Origin: Phoronis australis
Taxonomy: Eukaryota > Animalia > Phoronida
Assembly: GCA_002633005.1 (NCBI GenBank)
Contig: NMRA01000093.1
Location: 249,441 to 313,440, forward strand
Direction: 5' to 3'
Length of the DNA stretch: 64,000 nt
Part shown: positions 52,134 to 64,000 of the stretch, piece after piece
Layout: each line of letters starts with the position of its first letter
How positions within the stretch are numbered: the stretch's first letter is position 1
Notes under the pieces: model-generated
What the model was told of the DNA's origin: nothing
Databases searched by the model: none
The model's input: only the letters and a program-made list of their open reading frames with translations
Position numbers and translations under genes: made by a program

Positions 52134-53750
52134 CACATACTGAGCCAGAACACCACGTTCCTTACAATATCTCTTTTTATCACTCCTGCTGGTCTGCTCA
52201 CTCAGCTTGTCCGGAACCTGCTTTGCAGGTTGGTATAGCCCAGTTGGCTGTTTGGTGTTTCCACTCGGTACTTTATATGATATTTGCCCATTTGGCAGTT
52301 TGTACATATTTGGTACTTGTTATTGAATTTGCAGTTTTGCTCGACTCGCTTGGTAGGCAATAGGCCAATACCCATTAGGTATAATGTAACCATTTGCTAC
52401 TATGCTAACCTGTGCCACTTACTATCCGATACTAAATTACACATCGGGTATCGTAAATGTGTGTGTGTTATCTCTTGTAATTAAGGAACCTGTCTGGTTC
52501 CTTCAGTGAAATATTCAGTTGTAGAGCTGTGACCCTGAAATTCCCAATACAACCTAAAATATATATTATTCTTGTTCTTTTATTTGTCCCCAATAAAACG
52601 ATAAAGGAATTCTCAATGCTTGTTTGTGGACGATTTTCACAGGATGGCTCATTCCTTCCAGTGTCGAGGTGACCTTTCACATTTAGGGTCGGCTTTATTT
52701 AATTTCAAATGTCGCACAGTGTTCGAACTTCTGCAGATTGATGTACGGGCTCGTTTTTTTTTTCTATGATTCGCATTTTTGTCATTTTTACCGTTTTTAG
52801 GGATTTAAGTAGTTGGTTCGAAGAACTTTACGCGATTTTATTGTTACCGCTTGTCTGAGGACATCTTGACTTCTGTAGATTGGGTAAAACACAAGTGTGG
52901 TCATTTGACTTACTGTACCTTGATCCAAACTCGCTCATATTCAAGTTAATAATGTTTCGTAAAGCTACGAAGATCTTCGCTTGTGCAACTCTACTCTGAT
53001 TTAGTGATTTAGAAGACCGACTATGCGATGCGACATAAATTACACAGTATTCGACCAAGCTGCACTGACAAATAGAAATTATGCCATGTCGATGTTACAC
53101 ATCTTTGTAACTAAATTTACTTTTTAGTACTTACTTGTGTATGGATTGTGTTGGTACTTGTACTATTTGGTTACGCCGTTTGACTCACAGCAAGAGTGCT
53201 TGATTCCCATTCTTTGAAAAGGAATGTTTTCAACAAGAGACAAAAATGATAACACGCACGTTTAGATGTAAGTCGCAAGTAAAAGATTACAATCTGATTT
53301 CAGTTCTTTGTGCCAACTACAGGAAGGATATAGTTAATTCACAAACAATATCTTGCTTACACGTAGTTCAGAAATAATCAGTTATTTGAAGATGGCGAAG
53401 TCGTCTAAACAAAATTTGATATCTCAACATCCTCGTTTCCAAACAGTAGGCCACCTTCTCTGCATCCACAGATGACAAGACGTTTCTCTCATCATAGTTG
53501 CGATTATACCTAGGAACCCTTTCAAATCCTTTTGAAACAGCACCCGCTGTCCGTTATGGGAAACCATAAATGAAATGATTTAAAAATCTTTTGAGGACCA
53601 CTTTGCTAAGCATGTATGCATATATTTTGAATATTGCACTGTGTCCTCGTTAAATCAATTCTATAATAATAGTAACAATGATAATGGTTAGCCAAATTCA
53701 TGCCGCGTCAGCCTGGAGGATATTCCTATAGAAGAGGAATACGAAAAGTG
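52134..53750 (+). mobile_element. Family A copy 2 (internal fragment)
   Basis: 52134-52590 matches 321-778; ~53205-53750 matches ~2000-2590. Confidence 0.8.
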
Positions 53751-53752
53751 CC

Positions 53753-56654
53753 GGCCGTAACATTGACGTAAAATGTAACAGTTGTTACCGTTTACGAGGC
53801 AAGGCAGCCCACATGTAGCTATCCGTCGGCGCACTGGCATAGGTCTATTCTTACTCTCAGTGAAAATTTGTATTCATCACGATTCCTCAAAACCGTGATG
53901 ATTACATCCCGAGGATTGTCCCCCCCCCACCCCGTCCTACGGTGGACGTGAGCGGTCCGTACAAATTTTAAGTCATCCGGAGACGGGGGGTGGAGGTGGC
54001 GAAGTCGAATTGGTTTGTGCCCTGATACGCTGTAAAATCTAAAAATTTAGTAAAATGTAACTACTGTTTCATTTTACTGTTGTCACATTATAAGTCACTG
54101 TTACATTTTACAATGCTAGGCCTCTCCTAAAATGTAACAAGTCGTTACATTTTATGTAATTGCTATAATTTACCTCGAATGCACATGCGAGAAATGTACC
54201 ATTGTTACATTTTACGAAAGCGACGTCATATTTCGTGAGTTTGCTTGGTATTTGTCACACGGAGGAAGCGGTTCACACACTTTTTGTCTTCTTTCTCGGA
54301 TTGTTTGAATGAACTTCTATCAAATGTGCCACCTGGAATTTATAAACGTGTCCCTATGTGCTTTCCATTGTTTTTCAACAATGTTTCTTGATATGCTCAA
54401 AATGTACATCGTACAATTTCAACTCCATACGAAAGGAGTTTCCAGGATCAGGAAATATTTTTTATTGACAAAGTTTTCTTGCAATCTTTTGTTGACGCTC
54501 ACAGGCATACACCAACTGTGTATCCGGCATTACAGTAGGCCTAAACACAGTTCCCTTGGTAAGCTCAACAGAAACAATAACATCGAATTTTGCTAACATT
54601 TATCATATTTCTTCGGGAGCAAACGACAATAACAAAAACGTCTTCTCGGAGAATTCAATTTTGGAAGCATTTATTTGCGGGCAAGTCGACAGATTTTGCC
54701 AGTGCAACAGCAAAAGATCGCCTTTTAGAAAAACGAGCCATTAGTTTAAAAAAGTGACGGCATAGTAACGTGTTTTAAACAGCTTAAAAATATCATTGTT
54801 TCTATGATGTCAAACCTGTGTGAAATAGTGGTGATAACAACAGGTCAAACCGTGACATGTATACGTAAAAATGGGAGGCCTAGCTGAGAAATAGAAAATA
54901 TTTTGGCACTCTGGAAGGGCATGATCATTTTTCTCAAACCGGGTAAAAGTTGATAGCTTAAGGGGCAATAATTCAAAAAAGCTGAATGCCGTCCTTTCAG
55001 ACTACACAAACATGCACTTTCTCTTTCTATTATCTTTTAATATAAAATATGAATTAAAATAGCTATTTGGTCATTTTTTCGTTACTTCGAAGCACGTATA
55101 AATAATGACAGAGATTGGACATTCTGCTATCAATGGACGTGAAGACACTTGTCTCATGAGGCGCCATTGTTTGTGTTGTAGCTCTCGCTTTCGACAACAT
55201 CAGTGGTTGTAGGCAGATAGGGAATTTGGTACATTAACCACTTTGATACATCGTATAAAACCGGATATCAAACAACGCTGACGTCGACGTTGGCCGTTTT
55301 TGTACCATACAATCTACTCTCAATGAAACCTGTTTGAAATCCCTCAGATAAATCACCTCGTTTTTCTAAGAATATTGTGGTCCATCCCACACAAAATTGT
55401 TGCGTGTTTTGTACACGTATGTCCGTTGCAAGCTGTTCTGATTATGCGGTGACCGCTGCCATAGCCGACTAGTCGCTAGTTCTCGGAAAGGGTCTGTCTC
55501 CAGGGTGCAACTTTACGCAATTTTTTAACTTACTCATCATCATGGAACGAGCCCAGTTCTTTGAAAAGGAATGTTTTCAACAAGAGGCAAAAATGATTAC
55601 ACGGTGGGTGTCCTCACGTTTAGAAAAAGTTGCAAGTAAACGGTCTGAATTCAGTTTTTCGTGGCAAACTACAGAAGGATATAGTTATATTTACAAACAA
55701 TACCGTGCTTGTCGATAGTTCAAAAATAAGCAATTTTTGAAGTTGACGCACACCTAAACAAGATTTTTAATCTCAACTCCCTCGTTTCCAAAAAGTAGGC
55801 CTACTCTGCATCCACAGCTGTCAAGACGTTTCTCACAAAATCGTTAAGGTTGAGCACAGGAATCCCTTTAAAATCATATTGAAACAGCAGTCGCTGTCCA
55901 CTATGGAAATTCCGGTGAAAACATTGAACCATCAATGAGATGATTTTAAAATCTTTTAAGACCGTGATGTATTACACTTTGATTAACATGTATTGTGCAT
56001 ATTGCACTGCGTCCTAGTTCAATAAACCCAAAAATATTAATATTAATAACAGTGATAACGATAACGACAAGGGTAGTAGTAGCAAAGGTAGTAATAGTGG
56101 TAATAGTAATGAAATACTAATAAAAATAATAATGGGTAGTCAAATTCATGCTGTTTCAGCCCGGAGGACATTCCTATAGAAGAGGTATACGAAAAGTGCC
56201 GCCCAAAATGTTTTTCACAGCAAAAAAAACTCCAAAATGGTGCCATTTTCGACAGAATGCCATCTAAAAATGTGCTTTTTCTGAATTTCTGGAACTGAAC
56301 TGTGCGAAAATGTGAATTTTTACACAAAGCAGTCTCTAAATGGGTCACTTTATGTCCGACCCACTCTCTAAACTGGTAAGTATCGAATTGTTTCGGGCGG
56401 CAGCCCCTTATCCAAAAATATTCCTGTACCTCCGACCGTGTCAGATACCACTCCTTCTTGATTTTGGTCATTTTCCTAGTAATATGACATTGGTTTCATA
56501 AAATGTAACAATGGTACATTTCTCGTTTGTGCATCGTAAAATGTAACAACTAGGTAAAATGTTACAACTTATTACATTTTAGGAGAGGCGTCGCGACGTG
56601 AAATGTAACACTGACATTACATTTTACGAAATTGTTACATTTTATGGCATATCA
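53753..56654 (+). mobile_element. Family A copy 3 (both TIRs present)
   Basis: Left GGCCGTAA...AAAATGTAAC, right GTTACATTTTATGGC. GCCTCTCCTAAAATGTAA (54120) is inverted at ~56572-56590. Body collinear with 1-3276 but lacks ~260-790. Confidence 0.8.
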
Positions 56655-57810
56655 GTCCCCCCAATAATTTTTATCGTCCTATGGGCTTGTGGAGAGAAGT
56701 ATACCATCGCCACCACTTGCACACGCCTTTATGCACTGTACTCGTTTGGGCTTAAGCCACTGGATCGGGGTTTCCTTGCTTTTGTTTACTTCGATCACTG
56801 CCCGTTTTAATAAATTACAACTATTCAAGTCAAAGGTGGTCGTCATACTACGTACATGTAACATTAAACTGAAAGGGGTTTCCCAGGTTTCTACCAATGT
56901 GGATGACTGAATGTTAAGACTTCGGTCTCATTACTTTAACCAATGAGAAGCCTTGTTAAATAACATTCGACAGTGTTACCTTTCGTAGCACTGTGAAAGT
57001 GTGTATTATAATTCAAGCGCGTTTGATGTGTGCTGACTGCTGAGAGGGGCAAATGAACCGTACATGTACATGTACATGTATACGAAATTATTGTGATCCA
57101 GAGGCGTTGACTTCGTGACGACTTGGGCTTTTCCCAGGTTGACACACACAAGATGAAGTGGCATTAGCGAGCTGCAGGTCGCCAAATTGAGCATTGTTAT
57201 GTCTCGATTTGACAAAGGAAATTGCCCGACTGAGACCGCTTGCTGCTAAGGGTCCCGTGCGGCCTACATGTGACTATATTTGACTTCAGCGCCATCTATA
57301 CATCAACAGTATAACGTGGTGTGCGTGTGGGAACTTCCGATAGCGTGAATTGAAGTAAACATTTTCAAACCATATTTCCGTCATTTATATACTATGCCAT
57401 AGAACCACGAAATTATTAACATTCAATCTCTTTCTGATGGCATATTCTCAGTTAAACAGTAACAATCTGCAGTCACAATAACCGTTGATTTGTCTCTTGA
57501 CACATCCTAGTAATCTCCTCCTAGTACTACGTATGCATAAGGCTTTGAAACACTCACTGATTCTGGAAGTTGTGAGTAGCCTATGACAAAGAACATCATT
57601 CCAAACAAAAAGTGCTCTCAAAAGTGCCATTGAGTCGTTTCATAGGCGATAAGAACACTACACAAATTGCAAGCGTATAAACGGTGGGTAGAGATACAGC
57701 AATGTTCAGTGTTCGAGTTCTTAAGGCAACTCGATGGTTTTGGTCGTGAAGGTCCTACCCGGTGGGAGTTACAGTGCCTCATTAAAGATGAAAATATACT
57801 GACGGATCAC

Positions 57811-57915
57811 AAACACCCACACACGCGTACACACGCATACACATGTGCGCTTGCGCACACATATACACACACACACGCTCACACATACACAAACACACAC
57901 ACATACACACACACA
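57811..57915. repeat. Imperfect (CA)n microsatellite
   Basis: Directly visible; source of the HT-rich ORFs. Confidence 0.92.
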
Positions 57916-59385
57916 TAACTTTGAACGAATTTAACATCCGTTTACACCATTATATTTATTTTCACTTCATTCCAGCAATTATTAATATTCATTTGCCGAT
58001 TGTCGGACTAGTCAGAACCTTGTTAGGGCCAACTTGCTTCACAAGAACTTCTAGTTGAAGCCGGTGCCCAACTAGGAGCGAACATATGAACCAAGCCTTA
58101 ACGTGTCGATAGAACAGATATGAGTACGGGTGAAATTTTCACAATTTACATGTTACGCCCATCCTATTCGATGTGGAAGTAACTTAATTTGCAAAGCGTG
58201 AACGGAATGAAATCTTCTTTTTAATCCTGGAAGTAATCAAATTATTTTCAATATAATTCTGAATGAGCATGTTTTAATGGCGTGTCCTTTAGAATTTAAA
58301 TTGCAAATAGTATTGAATTAGGCACTAAGATTAACACAGAAATCCTCTCCACTAATGTTTCACAGTACACTAAATGGCATTACGAATTAAAAATAAGAGT
58401 TTTCTTCGAAATACAGATCCGCCAATATACTCCTTGACTACCAATCACTTTCTGCTCTTGACCAAGTGATGAAGAAGAAGTCCAATTACTGTACCAACGC
58501 CATTGCTTCTGCTCCCTTACTTTACTTTACCGCCATGCGCCGTCAACTCAACTGATACCGTGCCCAAACCTTGTCTGATTACTTGTTACTTGCTTAAGGC
58601 AACTGTGAACCTTGTTTACCAGGTTGTACGTATGGACAAATATCGTAAATTCTGTTTGCTGTAACCCCTACAAAGTACATATTTTTTAAAGGTAGATCAT
58701 AAATTTCCAAACAAAATTCATTATTCTTATCCACGTGTCGTTATTGCTCCACGAGATTGCGTTTTTAGTAAATTTTTGACTTTGAACAGAGATTTTAGAA
58801 ATATTGTTCTTCCAATCATATTGCTCTTTTATCAACGGATTGGTAACGGCATTTTCGAGGGAATCATTTCTCAGATTTTTGAAATAGCTCTTAATTTTTA
58901 TCTACTTTCTAGAGCATTTTGAGCAAAAACGGCCGCGCTCTTCATTTTTGAAGGCTTCGCTCCGAAAAACTGGGACCTAAATCGAGATTCGGAGATCAGG
59001 TTCGCTTTGAAAGATATCAAATGCCAAGTATGCGAAATTTCATTATGGTAGCAATGCGTTCACACATCGCCGAGAATTCAATTTTCAAATTTTAAAATAA
59101 ACTGCAAAATCGCAACGAGAGAAATCAGAAGTAAGGCTCTAATCTCCAATTAGATCGTATCTACTCTGACGGGGTTGTGCTGTTAAAAATAAAAGTTAAG
59201 TTATAACATATTTCAACATAAACCAATAGCAGTTCTGAAATCTTCGTCAAATGGTGATCATGTTCAGTTTTTGAATCGCCAAAATCGTCCAACTGCAACC
59301 AAAGTTACGGCAATCTCTTCTTTCCGAATACACCAATTCCCTCGAGTTTGACTGTTTTCACACGTGGCCTGTAATAAGCCTAGTA

Positions 59386-59710
59386 AAAAATAATTGCAGG
59401 CGGTCTGATACACGTTGTACCAAACGTGCGCAAGCCTCGCATGTGGGCCCATTGCACTGATCACCTGGAGCCATTTTTATGCTTTATTAATGTGTAGTTA
59501 AAACCGAGCTGAGGAGCTAGAAACCTGACTCAAGGGTCTAGCAGTGTGGTCTAGTGGGACTTGAACCCCTGACTCAAGGGTCTAGCAGTGTGGTCTAGTG
59601 GGACTTGAACCCCTGACTCAAGGGTTTAGCAGTGTGACATGGTGGGACTCGAACCCACGACCTCGAGTAAAGAAAGCGGGCACTTATCAACCAGGCCACA
59701 CTGCCTCCTC
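59386..59710 (-). mobile_element. Full-length tRNA-derived SINE with 14-bp TSD and an internal 44-bp triplication
   Basis: TSD TAATAAGCCTAGTA (59372-59385, 59711-59724). Minus-strand A-box TGGCCTGGTTG and B-box GGTTCGAGTCCC. 44-bp unit at 59524, 59568 and 59612. Confidence 0.88.
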
Positions 59711-60244
59711 TAATAAGCCTAGTAGATAAGTGGCCTGCTTGTTGTCATAACAGACAAAAGACTGTGCATGGCAGTTAACAAAGAAGCTCGATGTTATCAC
59801 GCACTCAGAACTGCCTACGTCTGGTAAAGTCACTGAACCGGAAAACGCTGTCATGCACTACTTCAAGAGTGCCCTCTGACATGGAAAATTCAAAAGGTAG
59901 GTCAATGTCGACTCGACGTCCGAAGCCGGTTCGATCATCAAACTTTCCGAATGTAGTTTAAAGTAACACAGTTGCAACAATATAAACAACACTCGACATG
60001 CATTCAGGCCCTAAACGTAACATATGGTACAAAACAGTTAATTATATCACACTTATGCATGGGCGGCGCAGCACTGAAAAAAGTAGGGGGGCTAAAGCCC
60101 CTCAGCTCCCCTGTGATGCACCGCCTATAGTGATGCAATAAATGGTAGCCTCTACCAATTATGCTTGCAAATAAAGACTCTCGTCGGATTACGCCATTGC
60201 TTACACTTTTGTATATTTCAGATTCGATTCACCAGTCCTATGAA

Positions 60245-60897
60245 CGAATGCCGACTTTTACAAAAAATAGCGGTAACTTAATCGGTCTATATCGACATCG
60301 CCTCGCACACGGTCGACCTTACCTTGCCATGAGGTGTCGTGTTAACCTGTAAGGAAGGTGAGAAAACGACGCTGCGACGTCAGTGGTTCATCTGCAGAAA
60401 GAATGCCGCTAGGTTGCCCGAACTATGGAGCTGCGAGGAAAGCGGGTATATCGTTTTTTTCCAGTTCTTCCAGAACCCAAATTACTTAGGAAGTGGCTCG
60501 CGGTAGTGAAGAATGAAAAGTACGCTGTTAATAGCAAGTATGAGGTCGTGAAACATCTCCGTGTCTGTGGCCGACATTTCGTCGACAGCAATTTCTCTGA
60601 CAAATGCCGTCTTACCAAAGAACTATCCATACGTTCTGTTGCCTGTGCCTGTTCACGGCGCCTCTCTAGTATTTCTTGATCAGTGTATTCCTGTGAAACC
60701 AAACAACCCAGTCAGTCTTCGTCGGATGAGCTCTCGTCTAAGTCCGGATTGCGAGTTGCCATGTTGACGTTTGTTATTCTCCGTTGAAATGAAATATTCT
60801 CACCCTAACCAATGCTTATACAAAACTGAAACAAAGTCTGTTTCATTAGATACCAATTTGTAATGCATTTGGAGTATTCGTGAATGCAAATGTTTTG
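60245..60897 (+). mobile_element. Kolobok-like deletion derivative, left arm: THAP remnant (+, ~60404-60640) and acidic ORF start (-, from 60762)
   Basis: GISFF/PEPKLLRKWLAVVK...HLRVCGRHF..F...RL; opposite strand MATRNPDLDESSSDED*...EYTDQEILERRR. Inverted copy at 61965-62663. Confidence 0.7.
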
Positions 60898-61638
60898 AGA
60901 AGCCAGCAATGAATAAGCCACTGCGTTACCGGCTTTAGATGCAATAAAGATAATTGACTGGGCACCGAGTCCGTGTGAGCGCAAGCCATGCTAATTCAGT
61001 GTTTGCTGGCAGAAAGCTGTTGTGAAACAATAAATCGATCTTATATGCTATGGTCACATGTTTGGGGAATGTTTATTTAGATATACAAATACATTATTCA
61101 AATCATTGTTACTGTACAACCTTTGTCCTGACGGTTCTGTGGAAGGGGAACCTCAGTGAGTTCGCGGCCTCCGACAAGTATGTAGATTTTCAGTTTCGTG
61201 GCTAATTCATCAAAATAATTACGTGCTCACTATTATGGTCTTTTCGTGACTAGAGTTTTAGTTTCCAACTTAAGCTGGTTTATGTTCGGTGATGTCCAAT
61301 CCCGCCGGCAGCGGCGACGGGCATGATCGGGTTCTGAGCCACTGTCTGGGATAACAAGCGTTTTGTGTGTTTAGAACTGAAAAAATCGCAAGTCTAAAAG
61401 TACAACACACAGCTATTTTTCATGTCTATATTTTACGGAAGAATGGTTTGTATTTATCATCAAACACACCCAAACTCTCGCGATCGACTATGATAAATTG
61501 GCCTACCGAACCCGTCCTGGGAATCTACACTCTTTGATCGAACTCTATAGGCTACCGTACGTGTACGTTCAAATACTAATAAATCCGTAACAGTGAAATA
61601 AAACAACACGTTTGTTCAATAACTCGATGTATTTGTGA

Positions 61639-61954
61639 GGGTTTTACATCGAAATTTGATGATTTATTGGTGTAAAACGATGCATTCACGCGTTAAGTTG
61701 ACACCAGTAAGCGTGTTGTGAACGGCTGAACAGACTGCGTTCGAACCTATTTTGTATCAATTTAGATCGAGTAGTTCCATTCGATAACAGCAAGTTCAGT
61801 TGTTTTACCTGACACCTAACGGCAGACGGAGGTGTTGAAATTAACCAATGACGTAATCGGTTCGAACGCAGTCTGTTCACGCTTACTGATGTCAACTTAT
61901 CGCTTGAATTCATCGTTTTACACCAATAAATCATCAAAAATCGATGTAAACCGC
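61639..61954. mobile_element. PIF/Harbinger-like MITE, ~110-bp TIRs
   Basis: GGGTTTTACATCGA...TTGATGATTTATTGGTGTAAAACGATG vs its reverse complement; 3-bp flanks TGA/TTA. Confidence 0.75.
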
Positions 61955-61964
61955 TTACAATTAC

Positions 61965-62663
61965 ACAAACATTGGCACGCACAAATACTCCAAAGGCATT
62001 ACAAATTGTATCTAATGAGACAGATTTTGTTTCAGTTTTTTTATAAGCATTGGTTAGGGTGAGAATAATTCATTTTGAAGCAGAACGCAGAATAACAAAC
62101 GTCAACATGGCAACTCGCAATCCCGACTTAGACGAGAGCTCATCCGACGAAGACTTTGCTGGTGGGTCGTTAAGTTTCACTGGCTATCAGTTCGAACCGG
62201 AATACAATGATAAAAAAATACTAGCGAGGCGCCGTGAACATGGACAGGCAAAGGAACGTATGGATAGTTCTTTGGTAAGTCGGCATTCGTCAGACTCACT
62301 GTCGACGACTGCCGGTCCCAGACACGAAAATGTTTCACGGCCTCATACTTGCTATTAACAGCATACTTTTCAATCTTCACTTCCTGAGACACTTCCTAAG
62401 CATTTTGGACTCTAGGGGAAGTCGAAAAACGATATACCGGCTTTCCTCGCAGCTGCATAGTTCGAACAAGCGGGAATGATGCACCGCAACATAGCGGCAT
62501 TCACTCTGCAAATGAACCACTGTCGTCGCTGCGTCGATTCTCACCTTCCTCGCAGGTTAACGCGACACCTCTTGGCAAGGTAAGGTCGACCGTATGCGAG
62601 GCAATGTGGATATAGACCGATTAAGACGGTAAAAAAGACTAATTAAATCGGGTGGCATTCTCC
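61965..62663 (-). mobile_element. Kolobok-like deletion derivative, right arm: THAP remnant (-, from 62492) and KolX-like first exon (+, from 62107)
   Basis: Minus: MLRCIIPACSNYAAARKAGISFFDFP*. Plus: MATRNPDLDESSSDEDF...GYQFEPEYNDKKILARRR, then donor-like GTAAGT. Terminus ...TTCTCC followed by TTAA (62664-62667). Confidence 0.72.
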
Positions 62664-63340
62664 TTAAAGCTTTCACCTGTTCGGATCGGCTGTACATTGT
62701 AGGTATTCCCCGTGAGGCATAACTAGTGAACCTGTGTAGTAATACAACAATAACTTTATTTGAACAAGAGGCCACACCGGCTTGCAGCTCACAATAACAT
62801 ATGGAAACGTTATATGTGTGTACACGGCCCTCAAAGATATAATATTTGGATTCTGACCATCACTGCCCTTTGTATATATACCTCGAAATGGTTTCAGAAG
62901 TGTTGGTTGTTATCGAGTTGAAGAGGCTCGATATCGTGGCATAGTGGTACAAATATATTTCTTAAATCTACCAGTACCGGGCAACGTAACATGAAATACT
63001 CTTCAGTATCGGTATCCTGTATTACAAATGTTTCACTTCAGGGAATACCATTCTTCAGGCGTTTTCAATTTCTGATGTGTGAGTTGAACATTTAGTGCTC
63101 ACTATGTATAATGTCCGCCGGTTTGTAGTCCGACAACAATATTGTTCACCAAAGAGTCCCTAGGTTTAACCACACATGACAATTCAATGTACTAATAGGT
63201 GGAACGAACAATAGCACATTAGCTTATCAACGAAGCAGAAAAATGCACTGTTCATCCTGACAACTTTTGAATTTGCCAATTTGGAATCTTGAATACTGTT
63301 GTGGACTCCCGCGGCTAACTTATAGGGTAAGATTACTCAC

Positions 63341-63557
63341 TGCACTCTGACCGGCCAAAAAGTTCTTCATTATGATGGTGTTCAAGTCCCTTCAGTGGCA
63401 CGGGAATTCTGCGACAAACCAAGAGCACGTCATCATGCCGACTACCAGCAGACAATCCAAAGATGACCGCCGCACACTGATTTGCCAAAACAATAGACCA
63501 ATTAGCCACAAGAGGGACTCCCATAACAACCAATTAGGTTAACCTTACTAACCTGAC
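63341..63557 (-). pseudogene. Candidate decayed exon of a sugar-porter (SLC2A8/Tret1-like) MFS gene
   Basis: Acceptor CTTTCAG and donor GTGAGT bound a segment reading VMGVPLVANWSIVLANQCAAVIFG / LLVVGMMTCSWFVAEF..*RDLNT..FLAG, like TM3-TM5 of sugar porters. Needs a frameshift and contains stops. Confidence 0.35.
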
Positions 63558-64000
63558 CTGAAAGGTCAGGGGTCAGTTTCAGTAAATCGATGCATGTTAT
63601 GACTCATTCGGTATGGGATAATATGTAGACAAGAGTAACACAGACCGTTGAAATGCGCCCACAATTGCACCGTATACGGTATCCTTCTAGGGATATTTAT
63701 TGGTACCATCAAGTGGCCAGTAGAGGGCATATATGTAGTATGTTGTACTTTGCAAAATGGAAAGGCATGGTCATTGTCTCCTCAATAGGCTAGGGGCAAA
63801 ATGTGAGTGATCTTCATAATACAAGCACATCCTATACATCAGTTGCTTAAAGCACCACAGAAACAAAGAATTAAAAACAAATTTACCAACATACGAGATT
63901 AGCACAGCATTAGAATGCCAGAAACAAATTTCTACTTGGAACTTTTCCTTCATAGTCACGAAGTAACACAAAGTATACACCTGAAGACCTATGAAAATAC

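Overview
AT-rich, repeat-dense animal genomic DNA with no intact protein-coding gene. The repeat types and the single-N-joined near-identical duplications suggest a heterozygous marine invertebrate assembly (inference). Most of the window is decayed transposable elements. Retroelement remnants: L2/CR1-type RT at 22.7-23.3 kb, L1/Tx1-type endonuclease at 25.0-25.7 kb, a 5'-truncated CR1-group ORF2 at 43.6-46.5 kb, and tRNA-derived SINEs. There are also many nested MITEs and foldbacks with readable TSDs, plus mini- and microsatellites. Most notable items: (i) four clear and two weaker THAP zinc-finger remnants, including a spliced THAP pseudogene facing a YqaJ-like exonuclease remnant (ISL2EU-like layout) and an inverted pair of Kolobok-like THAP/KolX deletion derivatives; (ii) a 27-bp minisatellite that parses exactly as a 20-bp palindromic mini-element plus a 7-bp TSD-like spacer; (iii) a hammerhead-ribozyme-shaped motif missing only its CUGANGA core, inside a DNA transposon; (iv) a 178-bp LTR-like segment with two perfect 4-unit heat-shock elements. 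All protein and family assignments come from manual translation and motif recognition, not database searches. I do not see convincing evidence of an intact novel system.
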